64,000 nucleotides of DNA from Eledone cirrhosa. Taxonomy: Eukaryota. The notes beneath the pieces are model-generated. The model was not told where the DNA came from and searched no databases. It saw only the letters and a program-made list of their open reading frames with translations. This document shows, in pieces, positions 44,143-56,868 of the stretch (position 1 is the first letter of the stretch; each line of letters opens with the position of its first letter). Both the position numbers and the translations under genes were made by a program. The stretch covers positions 71,001-135,000 of the forward strand of contig CAXHJY010000949.1 in assembly GCA_964016885.1 (NCBI GenBank). The letters run 5' to 3'.

Positions 44143-44579
44143 TATAATAATGAATATTAAAACTCCACTTCGGTATTGGGTACTCCTTTCTCTCAGCCCT
44201 CACACACACACACACACACACACACCACACACACCACACACATTCGTTTTTTAATTTGTTTTGTGAGATTTCTTATCTGAAAACTTGTGTTGGAACAGAT
44301 ATTGTTATACTTTGGGAGGGTCATGTTGCCAATAAAAACACACACACCTCTTGGTTTTCACTTCAACTTATTACAAGTTTCCGGTTGGTTCAATAACTTG
44401 AAGGTTGTTTAGCTATAGTCAATGCTCTTTCATCACACATTCTGTGACCTCCTCAGTGACCAGGTTTTTATTTTGTGTGTCTCTCCTTTGTTCTATCCTA
44501 GACCATCTTAACCCAACAAGTGTGTGTGTTTTTATTGGCGACATGACCCTCCCTAAGTATAACAATATACATATATATA

Positions 44580-44851
44580 TCATCATCATATTCATTTTAC
44601 GTCCGCTTTTCCCTGCTTGCAAGGGTGGGATGGGTCCTATTCAGCACAGCATGTCTCCACTTGTCATGGTCCTTTGTCATCTCCACCGTGAGCTTCAGCA
44701 ATCTGAGGTCTGTTTTCACCACCTCCGCCCATGTTTTTCGAGGTCTACCTCTACCACGTCTTCCTTCAACTGGCATTTCCTAACACTTCTTCACCCATCG
44801 GTCATCCTCCATGCACATTACATGTCCATACCACCGCAGTCTCCTCTCTCG

Positions 44852-44853
<2 letters not shown>
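44580..44853 (-). mobile_element. RTE-type 3' fragment with no extended 3'UTR
   Basis: [24 protein letters not shown], terminal hairpin and (GAT)n tail; (TA)n at both ends. Confidence 0.8.
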
Positions 44854-44907
<54 letters not shown>

Positions 44908-45399
44908 GGATAAATGAATTGTTTTTTAAAGTTGTAACCACCAAAAACCAAGGGGAACCAACTGGCAACTTTGATCCTCACTACTATCTTAGTAATAGAA
45001 TAAATAACAATTTTAGTAAATCCCTCAAAATTCTTCATTAATTAATTCAAATAAAGATACGGCCATATTTAAAAAGAAATATGGCCATAAAGGTGTTAAA
45101 AACCACATTGGATAATGTTATCCTCTATATACTATGTCAGAAATTCAAGAAGCAATGGCCATGGTGAGGTATATATTTGATCACAAAGTCTGCTGCATCA
45201 GGACTGAGCCAAAGCAGTAAACCAAAAATCACAGACATTCCATTGTAGGAATCAAACTTCCTGACCTGACATTTTGGTAAAATGTTGACTGTTTCATGTG
45301 ATACTGTTCTTAAGATATTTCTGCTTCAAATATATTTTTGTACGCAATCTTCACAATGTTATTTCAAAAACATTTTCATTTTGTTATTTATTTGTATTA

Positions 45400-45410
45400 G
45401 CTTACTACTT

Positions 45411-45461
<51 letters not shown>

Positions 45462-46070
45462 ATACTACTACTACTACCATTACTGCAGCTGCAACTACTT
45501 CTATCACTACTACTAATACTACCACTATCACATCACCGCCACCACCACCACCACCACCACTACTACTACTACTACCACCACTACTACTACTACTACCACC
45601 ACTACTACTACTACTACCACCACTACTACTACTACTACCACCACCACCACCACCACCACCACCACCACCACCACCACCACCACCACCACCACCACCACCA
45701 CCACCACCACTACTACTACTACAACTACTACAACCACTACTACTGCTACTACCACCACCATCACTACTACTACTATTACTACTACTACTACTGCTTCTGC
45801 TTCTACCACAACCCTCGCCAAAACTATCACGACTATTAATCCTTCTACTACTATTCCTACTATCACTACTTCTGCCACCACTACTACTATTACCACTACC
45901 ATCACCACCACTACTACTATATACCACCACCACCATTACAAATACTACTACTACTGTTGCTGCTGCCACCACAATCCTCGCCAAAACTACCACCACTACT
46001 ACCTCTTCTACTATTATTCCTACTATCACCACCACTCATGCCACCACCACCACCACTACTACTACAATAT
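45400..46070. repeat. (TAC)n/(CAC)n compound microsatellite
   Basis: Direct. Confidence 0.9.
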
Positions 46071-46368
46071 TATAACCCACACCTGAGAACAACACATTTG
46101 CCACATTCAAATACCACGATGATATAACATCATCATCGTTACATCAATACATCTGTTATTCCATGCTTGCATGGGTCAGACAAGTTTTCTCCAAAACTCT
46201 CTCTCTCTCTCCACTTCTGACATTCTTTTGTAATCTCTTCAGTCTTTGATCAATTTTTCCCCACTTCTGCTGGCAGCTTTTTTTGGTTTTCTTCAGTGGT
46301 TTCCTTCCCTTCGAGCTCACCATTACAATCCTCACTTGTTTTACATTCGTTTTTCCATAATTATATAG

Positions 46369-46922
46369 CTTTAGCATTTCGCTTAGTGGTTAGAGCATTG
46401 GCCTTGCAATCGGAAGGTTGTGAGTTCAATTCTCAGACCGGGTGATGTGTTGTTTCCTTGAGCAAGACACTTTATTTCACATTGCTCCAGTTTACTCAGC
46501 TGTAGAAATGAGATGATAGGGACTGGGATCCATATCATTCCACTGCAAAGTGGTCGTGGAGGTGCCACGGCAAAAAAGCACCCAGCACTCACTGTAAATG
46601 AGGTTGGTGTTAGGAAGGGCATCCAGCTGTAGAAATCAAGCCAAAATCAGTTCCCGTCCCACCCTTGCAAGCAGGGAAAAGCGGATGTAAAATGAAATGA
46701 TGATGAAATGATGATTTCAACCAGCTGTATCCAGCCAGAATTCTCTCACCTCTTTCTGTTCAAATCGGCTGTAACTGGCCATGCTTACTGATAAGGTATA
46801 CTTATTAAAATAAATAATATCAAAATCTCATAGATTCAATAGTATGTGAAATAATTATGTAAAGTTAAGCCTTTACTGTGAAAATATAATAGTATATATA
46901 GAGTAATGTAAATACTAAAGGG
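46369..46922 (+). mobile_element. piggyBac-type MITE interrupted by a CORE-like SINE (46381-46713)
   Basis: Left TIR remnant CTTTAGCATTTC, then the SINE, then the MITE body ending TAAATACTAAAGGG-TTAA. Confidence 0.8.
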
Positions 46923-47029
46923 TTAAGGGATTTTTCCATCACTGGGATGAAAATATTGTATTTGATGCTTAAGAGACACAGACAGAAAGGAAGTGTGTTT
47001 CTGTTATATTCTTACTATAATATCTTGCT

Positions 47030-47578
47030 CAGAACATTGACCTCCTAGAAACTGTTCAGAGACGTGCAACCAAGCGCATACCCTCCATCAGGGATCTACC
47101 ATACTCTGAACGCCTTGCTTTCCTGGGCATGGATTCATTGAAGCTCCGACGTCTGGCAATAGACTTGGTAAACACCCACAAAGTTATTAACCATCTCGCC
47201 AACAACAACCCTGAGCACCTTTTTGATCTCCATGTGTCTAACACACGTGGACATGCCTACAAAATCAGAAAACAGCACAGCTCCCATGACTATCGTAAAC
47301 GTTTTTTCACGCACAGAGTTGCTGAAGCATGGAACAAACTGCCTACGTCAGTTGTTAGCTGCCGATACACTGCATCCTTTAAAACCCTCATGCTTCTCGA
47401 AATATGACAAAACTACACCTGATGTACCCCTTCCATACACATGCACACATCATGACTCATGCACTGTTCATTTTCCTGACGTTTGTACATTACCCTATGT
47501 ACTATACATACACTTTTTGATGAGTTGTTGTGCACCTGAGCACTGTATACAATATTTCATTATTATTATTATTATTGT
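47030..47578 (+). mobile_element. CR1-like LINE 3' fragment with (ATT)n tail
   Basis: LETVQRRATKRIP..YSERL..L.SLKLRR..TRGHAYK..FFTHRVAEAWNKLP. Confidence 0.85.
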
Positions 47579-47907
47579 TATAAAGCAACTGGAGAAGTAT
47601 TTATATAGAGCTCAATATATGATTACTGTATGGAAGTTACACAAAACGCCAGCACCAACAGTTTTACAAGAGATGTCAATATGAATGGACCTGTTATTTT
47701 TATCAAAAAACATTTTTTCCAAATCCTACCTGCCTGTCCCCTCAATCTATCTTATTTCTCATTCTTTCTACTGATAAAGGACTTGCGTCCGAAATGTTAA
47801 GTCTCTCTTCCTGCTATATCAAGTGTTAAACTGATATATCCCTTCCATATACTGTACCGATTGTGTTGTTATATCGGTTTACCTTTTACATATATATATA
47901 TATATAT

Positions 47908-48092
47908 CATCATCATCATCGTTTAACGTCCATTTTCCACGCTAGCATGGGTCTGGATGGGAATTGTCCCACTTGAGGCAAGATTGGTTGTCTTGCTCGT
48001 ATAGGACTGTCTGGCGGGTTTTCTATGGCTGGATGCTCTTCCTAACACCAACCACGTTTACAGTGTGGACTGGGAAGTTTTTACCGTGTTAC
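47908..48092 (-). mobile_element. RTE 3'UTR fragment
   Basis: Homologous to 20777-20940. Confidence 0.85.
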
Positions 48093-48109
48093 CTACATTT
48101 TGCTTTATA

Positions 48110-48313
48110 TCTGGAGATCTCTCTGCAGTTGTCGTCACATGGTACCATGGGCCCAGCGCTATGTGTCAATAATTGTCACAAGTGTAGTGTTTGTACCAGA
48201 GTTTTCAAGTCGCTGGCTGGACTAAAAAGTCACACTCGTTCAGCGCATCGGTAGGGGTACTCCTACATGGATATAAAGTAGTGGCCGTACTCGAAAACAA
48301 GTTGGCAGCTACC
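48110..48313 (+). mobile_element. Probable LINE 3' end encoding a terminal C2H2 zinc finger
   Basis: HKCSVCTRVFKSLAGLKSHTRSAHR-stop, short UTR, then (TA)n. Confidence 0.55.
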
Positions 48314-49312
48314 ATATATATATATGTATATATGCATGTATATATATAAATATAATATGTGTATATATGCATGTGTATATATATATATATATATAATATA
48401 TGTATATATGCATGTATATATATAATATATGTATATATGCATGTATATATATATATATATAATATATAGATAATTTAATATATCTACTAACATATTTTAC
48501 GTCTGTTATATATATAATATATGTATATATGCATGTATATATATATATATATATGTATATATGCATGTATATATATATATATAATATATGTATATATGCA
48601 TGTATATATATATATATAATATATGTATATATGCATGTATATATATATGTATATATATATATATGTATATATGCATGTATATATATATGTATATATATAT
48701 ATATATGTACATATGCATGTATATATATGAATAAAATTAGTCCTTCATCAGTGATCTTCCAGCCTTCATTGGTATTTCATCGCTTTAAAGACCATATACC
48801 TCTGGTTGGTGTGAGCAACGGCTAAAGAAAGTCGTTGGGACACGTAAATAGGGGGAACGAGCGAGACAGTAAACAAACAAAGATGGTAATGCAACGAAAA
48901 GTGAGGAAGAAGGAGTCAAGTCCCTGAAATCGATGAACATAAGTTCTGTGAAATCGTAGACTAGAGAATAAAGACCATCAAACCTGGTTGAAATGTGAGT
49001 GAGGAAAGAATTTCGCACAGGTCAAACGGGAGGAAGTGATGGAGAGGGAGTAGCAGAGAGTGAGTGTGTGAAAGTGTGAGGAAGAGGCTAACAGAGAGAG
49101 TCACTGGCAGAAGGGGTAAAAAGAAGTGAGAGATACAGAGAAAGGGGAAGCAGTAAGAAAGAAACAGATGGGTCACAGCGGAGGAAAATATATAAATATA
49201 TGAAAAATATGAAAAAATGGCATGCTGTGTGGTTGCAAATGGGTTACATATGAATAAAATTAGTCCTTCATCAATATATATATATATATATATATAATAT
49301 ATGTATATATGC

Positions 49313-49349
<37 letters not shown>

Positions 49350-49362
49350 TATGTATATACGC

Positions 49363-49405
<43 letters not shown>

Positions 49406-49461
49406 TGTATATATATATATATTATATATATATATATATATGCATGTATATATATATATAT

Positions 49462-49557
<96 letters not shown>

Positions 49558-49763
49558 TATGTATATATGCATGTATATATATATATATATATATATAATA
49601 TATGTATATATGCATGTATATATATATATATATAATATATGTATATATGCATGTATATATATATATATATATATAATATATGTATATATGCATGTATATA
49701 TATATATATAATATATGTATATATGCATGTATATATATATATATATAATATATGTATATATGC

Positions 49764-49796
<33 letters not shown>

Positions 49797-50657
49797 TAAT
49801 ATATGTACATATGCATATATATATATATATGATGATGATGATGATATGCTTTCTACATATATCTATTGTATTTTCTACATTGTTAATAATATTTCTTTTG
49901 TTTTTCTTACATTTTACAGGTAAGCCAATCTTTATATAGTGCCAACATTTGAAATTGTAATCATTCTAAGTAAGTATGTATGTTACCATCATTTTATATT
50001 CTTTGAATTCCTCAATTGCTCGAAAAATAGCAACTTTCAATTTCTTAACCCTTTTAATACAGTCCAAAATTGTATCAATTCTATAATAGAAAGCTCTTAA
50101 AATTACCAGAAAAACTAACAAAATTTCTGTTTGTAGCAGATCTATGCATGCATATTTCAGACACATAGACCAGTTAGATAAGAACACATTGATTGCTTTT
50201 GTTTTATTTTGAACCGTTTTCATTTTTACATTTGAAAAGAGGGTAATAACCCTGAAATATTATGTTGAAATATATTGAGTAAAAACATTACTTTATTTTG
50301 TTTTATTTGTCATCTTTGCTCTTTATATATTTCTATCCCATTGTATCGTCTTTCTGAAATATATCATTAATTTATTTGAAAGCTCTTTGTTTTAAAGTGT
50401 GTTTATATTTATCTAAAGACATAATTATAAAATATTTTATTTTTATTTGGTTAAACATACATAAAACGAAAGCAGTATTAGAAAGTACTATAAATGCCAT
50501 AAATGTGAGGAAAAGGAGGAGAAGAGCAAGGACCACTAGACCAATGGAGAAGGGGAGAGGGTGACAGACTCTACACCTAGGTTAGAGCAGTGTTCAATAC
50601 TGAACTTTTGGATTAAGCCCCAACTACAATATTGAACCTAAGCATTGTCAACACTAC

Positions 50658-50838
50658 AATAATTGTTTCTACTTTTGGCACAAGGCCAGCGCATTACTGG
50701 TACTTTATTTTATCGACCCCGTAAGGATGAAAGCAAAGTTAACCTCGGCGGGATTTGAACTCAGAATGGCAAAGACCGTAACTCTATGCGTCAAAGCATG
50801 GCATCCGACCCTCTACCGATACTGCCAATCCACCGCCC
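50658..50838 (-). mobile_element. SINE, Meta-like family, flanked by the direct repeat ATTGTCAACACTACAATAAT
   Basis: TSD-like duplication at about 50644-50663 and 50841-50860. Confidence 0.9.
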
Positions 50839-52614
50839 TTATTGTCAACACTACAATAATGAACTTTAATGTTAAGCCTCTAAATTGCCTCAGTCAGTTC
50901 ACATTGACAGTGGATCCACAGTCTTGTTCTGATTACATAAGAGCAAGGTTGATGGATGTATATTTATATCTATCTATTAGTATTTGCTTTTATGTCTGTG
51001 TGTGAAAGTGCATGTATGTATGTGTATGTTTCCATATGTGTGTCTATGTTTGTGTAATATTCCATCCGACATGTTACTGTACATGGCACTTATCCTCACT
51101 ATTAAGGGATATAACCTTCTTCAATCACAAAAACATTTTTCAAATACCCAGGTTTCAACTCCTTCAATAACACAAAACAATAACTGTTATAGACATCCAT
51201 ACCAATGGTTGTCAGGGGCAAAACCTGGTACAAAAGAGGAGTGAACATGATAAAGTCCACCCAGTACTCTCTGTAATGTGGTTGATGATTGAAATGGCAT
51301 CTAGCCATAAAAAACTTGCCAAACAAAGGGTCAAGAGGACTCTTAAGTTATGTCAATCATGACAACCTCTTTAGTGTTGGCGTCATAATAAAATACACCC
51401 ATCCAATCTGTGATAAGAATTATAATAATAATGAAAGGATTAGTTCATAAAATTTATAGCTGGAATGGAAGGTGTTTTATAAGTCTAAGAGTGGTACCTT
51501 AATACTACATTGTGGTAGTTGCTACCCCATTGTGAGTGCTTTTTTTTCTAGTGAAACTCTCAAGAGAGCTGAAAAGTAAAGAGTTGTAAGAGAAGAAACT
51601 TCTCTCAATTTCAGCCCTTAATTTCTATCCATATTTTTACATATTTAAAAATATATTTTGTTTTTTGCTAGCGCTGCTCACTTGTAATCATTTTGTATAA
51701 AACACTTCCTTTATATGTAACAAGTCCCTCGGGCTAAAGAAAGAAATTGTTATTTTACATTCTACTGAACACAAAATAGTTAACAATAATGATAATAAAT
51801 AATAATAATACTTTGTTTATTGTTGCCACCAGGCTCTTTCATGTATACAAAAAACATTATAGGGAGGAATTAGATGTGTGTGAGAGGGCCCCTGTAGCTT
51901 CACAAAGAAAAAATTACTTTTACTTTCCAGTAAAGACAAGAAAAAGACCAATAATAATAATACGAACAATTTTTTCTGTATTATTTGCTTATTTGCCACT
52001 AGGGACATTTAATGTGTAGTAGTAAGGCTTTCTGCTTGTATAACCAGTCTTAAAGCATTTCTCTAAGCCACTGTTACAAGGGTACAACCCTAGGAACAGA
52101 ATATCATGTTAATAGAACCCCCCCCAGCTTCTGCCTGCTACTGGTACCATGTAATCCAGTAAAACTTGCTTCATGGTAGAGTGGTTGGCAAATAAATCAG
52201 CTCCCATACAAGACCCTGGTTTGGTGAGGATGGTAAGTGGAACCCCAGCAACATGAAAAAATAAGAGCTGTTAAAAGAGCAGATGAACATCTCAGTGTCA
52301 ATGGTCATCTATCCCAACTATAGATTAAATAGCCTCACCAGACCACAATTGGCTAAGTGTGGTGAGTACAGTTACATACCTGAAAATATGACCTAAAGCA
52401 GTAGAGGTCAACTAGGGAGGGACTCCTCCAACAGGCGTGAGAAGGCCTTGGATTGGAGAAACCTCACCAGACCATCTACCTCCAATGGTCACAAGCGTAT
52501 TAACCACCAGCCCATATTTTATCACAAACATTACAAGCCAAGGGTCAGCATTTTCTCCAATGCCTTTCACAGTGATCCTCATATTTCTAGGGTTATTCTA
52601 TGTTGACATATAGG

Positions 52615-54007
52615 GGGCGGGGATGGATTGGCAGTATTGGTAGATTTTCAGACATACTTTGTGGCTTATAGTTATGTGCATTTATATTCTGAGTTCAAAT
52701 CCCGCTGAGGATTGCTTTGCCTTTCCTCTTTATGGGATCAATAAAATAAAGTAGAATGGGTTTAAATCTGGGGCCTAAAGATAAAAAAATGTACTTCTTA
52801 ACTATTCATACATGCTGCATACATTAGCTGACACACAGAACTGTGAAGATCATATGAAACTATGTCTAGGAACAGAGGAAAGAACCAAGCTAAGGCATCA
52901 TATGTCTACACATTTAATAGTTTCTGGTTTAGGCACAAGGCCAACAATTTTGGGAGAGAGGAAAGTCAATTAAATCAACCCTAGTGCATTACTGGTACTT
53001 TATTTTATCAACCCTGTAAGGATGAAAGGCAAAGTTAACCTCGGCAGGATTTTAACTCAGAATGTAAAGGGCCATAACTATATGCCACAAAGCTTGTTGT
53101 CCGACGCTCTACCTATGATAATAATAATAACAATAATAGTTACGTCTTCTGATTTAGGCACAAGACGAACAATTTTTTGGGGAGGGGAAAGTTGATTAAA
53201 TCGGCCCCAGTGCATTACTGGTGCTTTATTTTAATGATCCCATAAGGTAAAGCTAATTTTGGCAGAATTTAAATGCAAAATGTAATGGACCGTAACTATA
53301 TGCTGCAAAGCACATTGTCCGACACTCTACCTAAAATAGTAATAATAATGATTTCTAGTATAGGCAGAAGGCCAGTAATTTGGTGGGAGGGGAAAGTCGA
53401 TTAAATCGACTCCAGTATGTTACTGGTGTTTTATTGTATACACCCCGCAAGGATGAAAGGCAAAGTTAACCTCGGGGGAATTTTACCTCAGACCGTAAAA
53501 GACCATAACTTGATGCTGCAAAGCATGGTGCCCGACCTTCTACCGATACTGCCAATCCCCCGCCTTGGCCAATCCCCTACCCTGTAATAATAATTGTTTC
53601 TACTTTTGGCACAAGGCCAGCAATTACCCAGTGCATTACTGGTACTTTATTTTATCGACCCCGTAAGGATGAAAGGCAAAGTTAACCTTGGCGGGATTTG
53701 AACTCAGAATGGCAAGGGCCGTAACTCTATATGTCAAAGCATGGCGTCCGACCCTCTACCAATACTGCCAATCCACCACCCTCTTTATAGTAATAACAAT
53801 AATATTAATAATAATTGTTTCTACTTTTGGCACAAGGCCAGCAATTATCTCAATACATTACTGGTATTTTTTTTATTTTATCGACCCCATAAGGATGAAT
53901 AGCAAAGTGAACCTTGGCGGGATTTGAACTCAGACCATAAAGGACCATAACTCCATGCTGCAAAGCATGATGCCCGATGCTCTACCAATACTGTCAACCC
54001 ACCACCC
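52615..54007. mobile_element. Cluster of Meta-like SINEs: one on plus (52615-52755) and five head-to-tail on minus (52917-54007)
   Basis: Central domain repeats at about 53000, 53225, 53430, 53645 and 53870, separated by (AAT)n. Confidence 0.85.
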
Positions 54008-54267
54008 TATAATAATAATAATGATAATAATAATTGCGACAAAATATTTTGGGCCAGTGAAACTGTTTAATGTTGCAGATTTGTAATAGGACACCATGGA
54101 TATTGAAAGAGAGTGCTGTGGGTAATTTACTGGCTCTACTGGATGTTTAACAGGGAGGAAAGTGAACTTGAACAAAAGTGTTTGCTTACATGTGAATATG
54201 TGTAATGTTTAAATGGCAGTATATACTGGAATACTGGATATATAAACACTCTAATGGCAATATATAT

Positions 54268-54321
<54 letters not shown>

Positions 54322-54446
54322 CATTATATACTATATTTATAAACACTGCAAAAAAAAAAAAGTGTTATTGATAGAAATATGAAGTAGGATATTTATGCCA
54401 CACCCTGCCTACCATACCCTGGGGTATATATATATATATATATATA

Positions 54447-54642
54447 AGTTATTCCGGGTTGAATCGGAGATAACCACCGTAAGTAAGGTACTCAATACAT
54501 AGCAGAGTATAACAGTTTTAATATAGAAGAGCTTCTACAGGACTAGAACTGTTTCATTCGTGAGAAATCATCAGGAAGCTCTAATGATTTCTCACGAATG
54601 AAACAGTTCTAGTCCTGTAGAAGCTCTTCTATATTAAAACTT
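54447..54642. mobile_element. Foldback family D element (arms 54514-54571 and 54584-54641) with an intact HHR core on the minus strand
   Basis: AGAGCTTC-CTGATGA-TTTCTCACGAAT-GAAA-CAGTTCTAG-TC-CTGTA-GAAGCTCT; (TA)n flanks. Confidence 0.75.
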
Positions 54643-54679
54643 ATATATATATATATATAATATACCTACATATAACTAC

Positions 54680-55627
54680 ATTAAACTCAGACTAGTCCTG
54701 AATAAAACAATTACTACAATAATATCAGCTTACGCACCCCAATCGGGGCTGCCAGACGAACTTAAGGATAGGTTTTACGAGTCCCTAATGCACACTACTG
54801 CTCTAACAGACGACAATGACTTCCTAATCATCGCAGGAGATTTTAACGGACACGTAGGTAAACACTGCGACGGCTTCAATAGAGTACATGGAGGCCATGG
54901 GGTTGGCACAAGGAATGAGGAATGATTTAGACTTCTAGAATTCTGCGACGCCAATGAAATGTCGATATGTAACACAAACTTTAAAAAACCCGACAACCAC
55001 CTGATCACCTATAGATCAGGGCAGCACTCTAGTCAGATAGATTTTAGCCTCATCAGAGGACGTGACAGATGGACGGTCGTAAACACAAAAGCCTTCCCTA
55101 GTGAGGAATGTACATCCCAACATAGCTTAGTTGTCAGCGACCTCACGGTCAGAACTAGACGAACCTGGAAACAGAGGCCAACCTGGAGAAGAAAGATCTG
55201 GAAGCTGAAAGTCCCCTCAACCAGTAACAGATTTAAAGATATTTTACTCAACGCCTACGACAGTAAAGATGAACAGATAGAGACATTTAATGTAGAAGAG
55301 AACTGGGAGTTCCTAAAAAATAATTTACTCGAGGCGACGGATGAGGTCTGTGGCTGGAGTAAGTCCTCAAGCAGGAGGAGAGTGACTTGGTGGTGGAACA
55401 ATAAGGCAGATGAAGCAGTTAAGGCCAAGAGACAGGCATGGAAAGAATGGAAGAACGGGGGGAGCATGGTACATTACATAGAGACCAAGAGGGAAGCTAG
55501 GCGACAAGTATACTTAGCTAGGAGGGAAGCAGAGGATAGAAAATTCAAGCATGTTTTGCAATGTGAGGACCAGAAACAGGAGGTATTCAAGATTGCGAGG
55601 CAGTGTGTAAGAGATAGTTGTGATGTC
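54680..55627 (+). mobile_element. Internal RTE fragment (APE C-terminus and linker), truncated at both ends
   Basis: Highly similar to 32340-33252; SQIDF, WWWNN motifs. Confidence 0.9.
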
Positions 55628-55828
55628 CGAGAGAGAGAGGAAGCGGGAAGAGGTAGGAAGTAGAGTGATAAACTGAGATGGAGGGAGGGGTAGAGGTGGA
55701 AGGATTCCTTGGTCAGTTTTGATAGCAGACTTCATGTCATGGAATGTAGTGACTTAAAGAGAATTAAATTGATCATAATGGGAGGGATGGATAGAGAGGG
55801 AGAGAGAGGAGGGGGGAGATATAAACAG

Positions 55829-55859
<31 letters not shown>

Positions 55860-56087
55860 AAAAATAAAGATAAATATAATAATGACAAAAATAAAAGCAA
55901 AGAAGGGGGTGAGAAAGAAGAAAAGAAAAGATAGCCAAGAAGGGGAGGGAAGGAAGGAAGAAATAGAAGAGGAATGAGGGAGAAGAGGGGGATATATGTA
56001 TTGGTTTGTGGGTAATTAAAAGGGTTTAGATACAACAAGAGGGTATAAAGTCTAAGTATAAGCAGTTTGTCAGTTGGTAGTAAGAGG

Positions 56088-56540
56088 TTAAGGGTTCGAT
56101 TTGTAGTGCGAAAACTTCTCTTTGAGTCTATGGTTACAATAAATTGATCTTTCGATTTTATTGTTGAGTAACTTATTCTTCGAAATTAAGATGTGGAACA
56201 GCTCAAGGTCGCATAATCGACAGCTTCTCATACCACTCCGATATGGGGGCGCGTTCGATAATTTTGTCCACTTCAGGGTGTATTGATGGTTACTTTCCCT
56301 CAGTTGCCAGGTCTTGTTCGCAAGGGTAGTTACATAACGGTGCTGGTAATGTTTCATTGCGTAACGGTGTGTATACCAACGGGCTTTAAATGTATTCCCA
56401 GTCGCTCCGATGTAATACCATTTCTGGTTGTCTGATTCCACTGTGCATTGGTAAACCAGGTTAGACTGCATACATTCATTATGTAATGGACAGGTTTCAG
56501 GTAGGTGGCAGTTACAGTTCTTGTCATGGGCAAATTTGGA
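56088..56540 (-). mobile_element. Penelope-like element GIY-YIG endonuclease domain
   Basis: In frame DKNCNCHLPETCPLHNECMQSNLVY..YYIG.T..FKARWYTH..CRLC..E..LLN..C.H; non-coding 3' region extends to about 55628. Confidence 0.85.
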
Positions 56541-56868
56541 CTGTGAACAACAATTATAATTGAGTGGCTGCTATTTGCAGTATAGCAATATAAGGTTGCA
56601 CTTACCAATGAAACGGTCTTAAATACCTGGATAAAATCCTTCTCTTAATGCTTACCTGTGTTTTCTCTTTTATACTTTATACTCCAAGATTGAACGGAAT
56701 TCTTGCAAACTTGTGGAGTTACCCCTAACCGTACGTTGAAACCATCCATGAAACTGGCTTTCTTCACCAAAAACTGGATCACAATAAGCAAATTTTTGCT
56801 TCTCTAACTATATATATATATATATACCTACATATACATATATATATATATATACCTACATATACATA

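Noticed and set aside
48175-48254. Host C2H2 zinc-finger gene exon
   Set aside because: Single terminal finger followed by a short UTR and (TA)n among TE fragments; better explained as a LINE C-terminus
52060-52560. Possible LINE 5'UTR or HDV-like ribozyme region
   Set aside because: Higher-complexity sequence, but no nested pseudoknot or downstream ORF could be traced by eye
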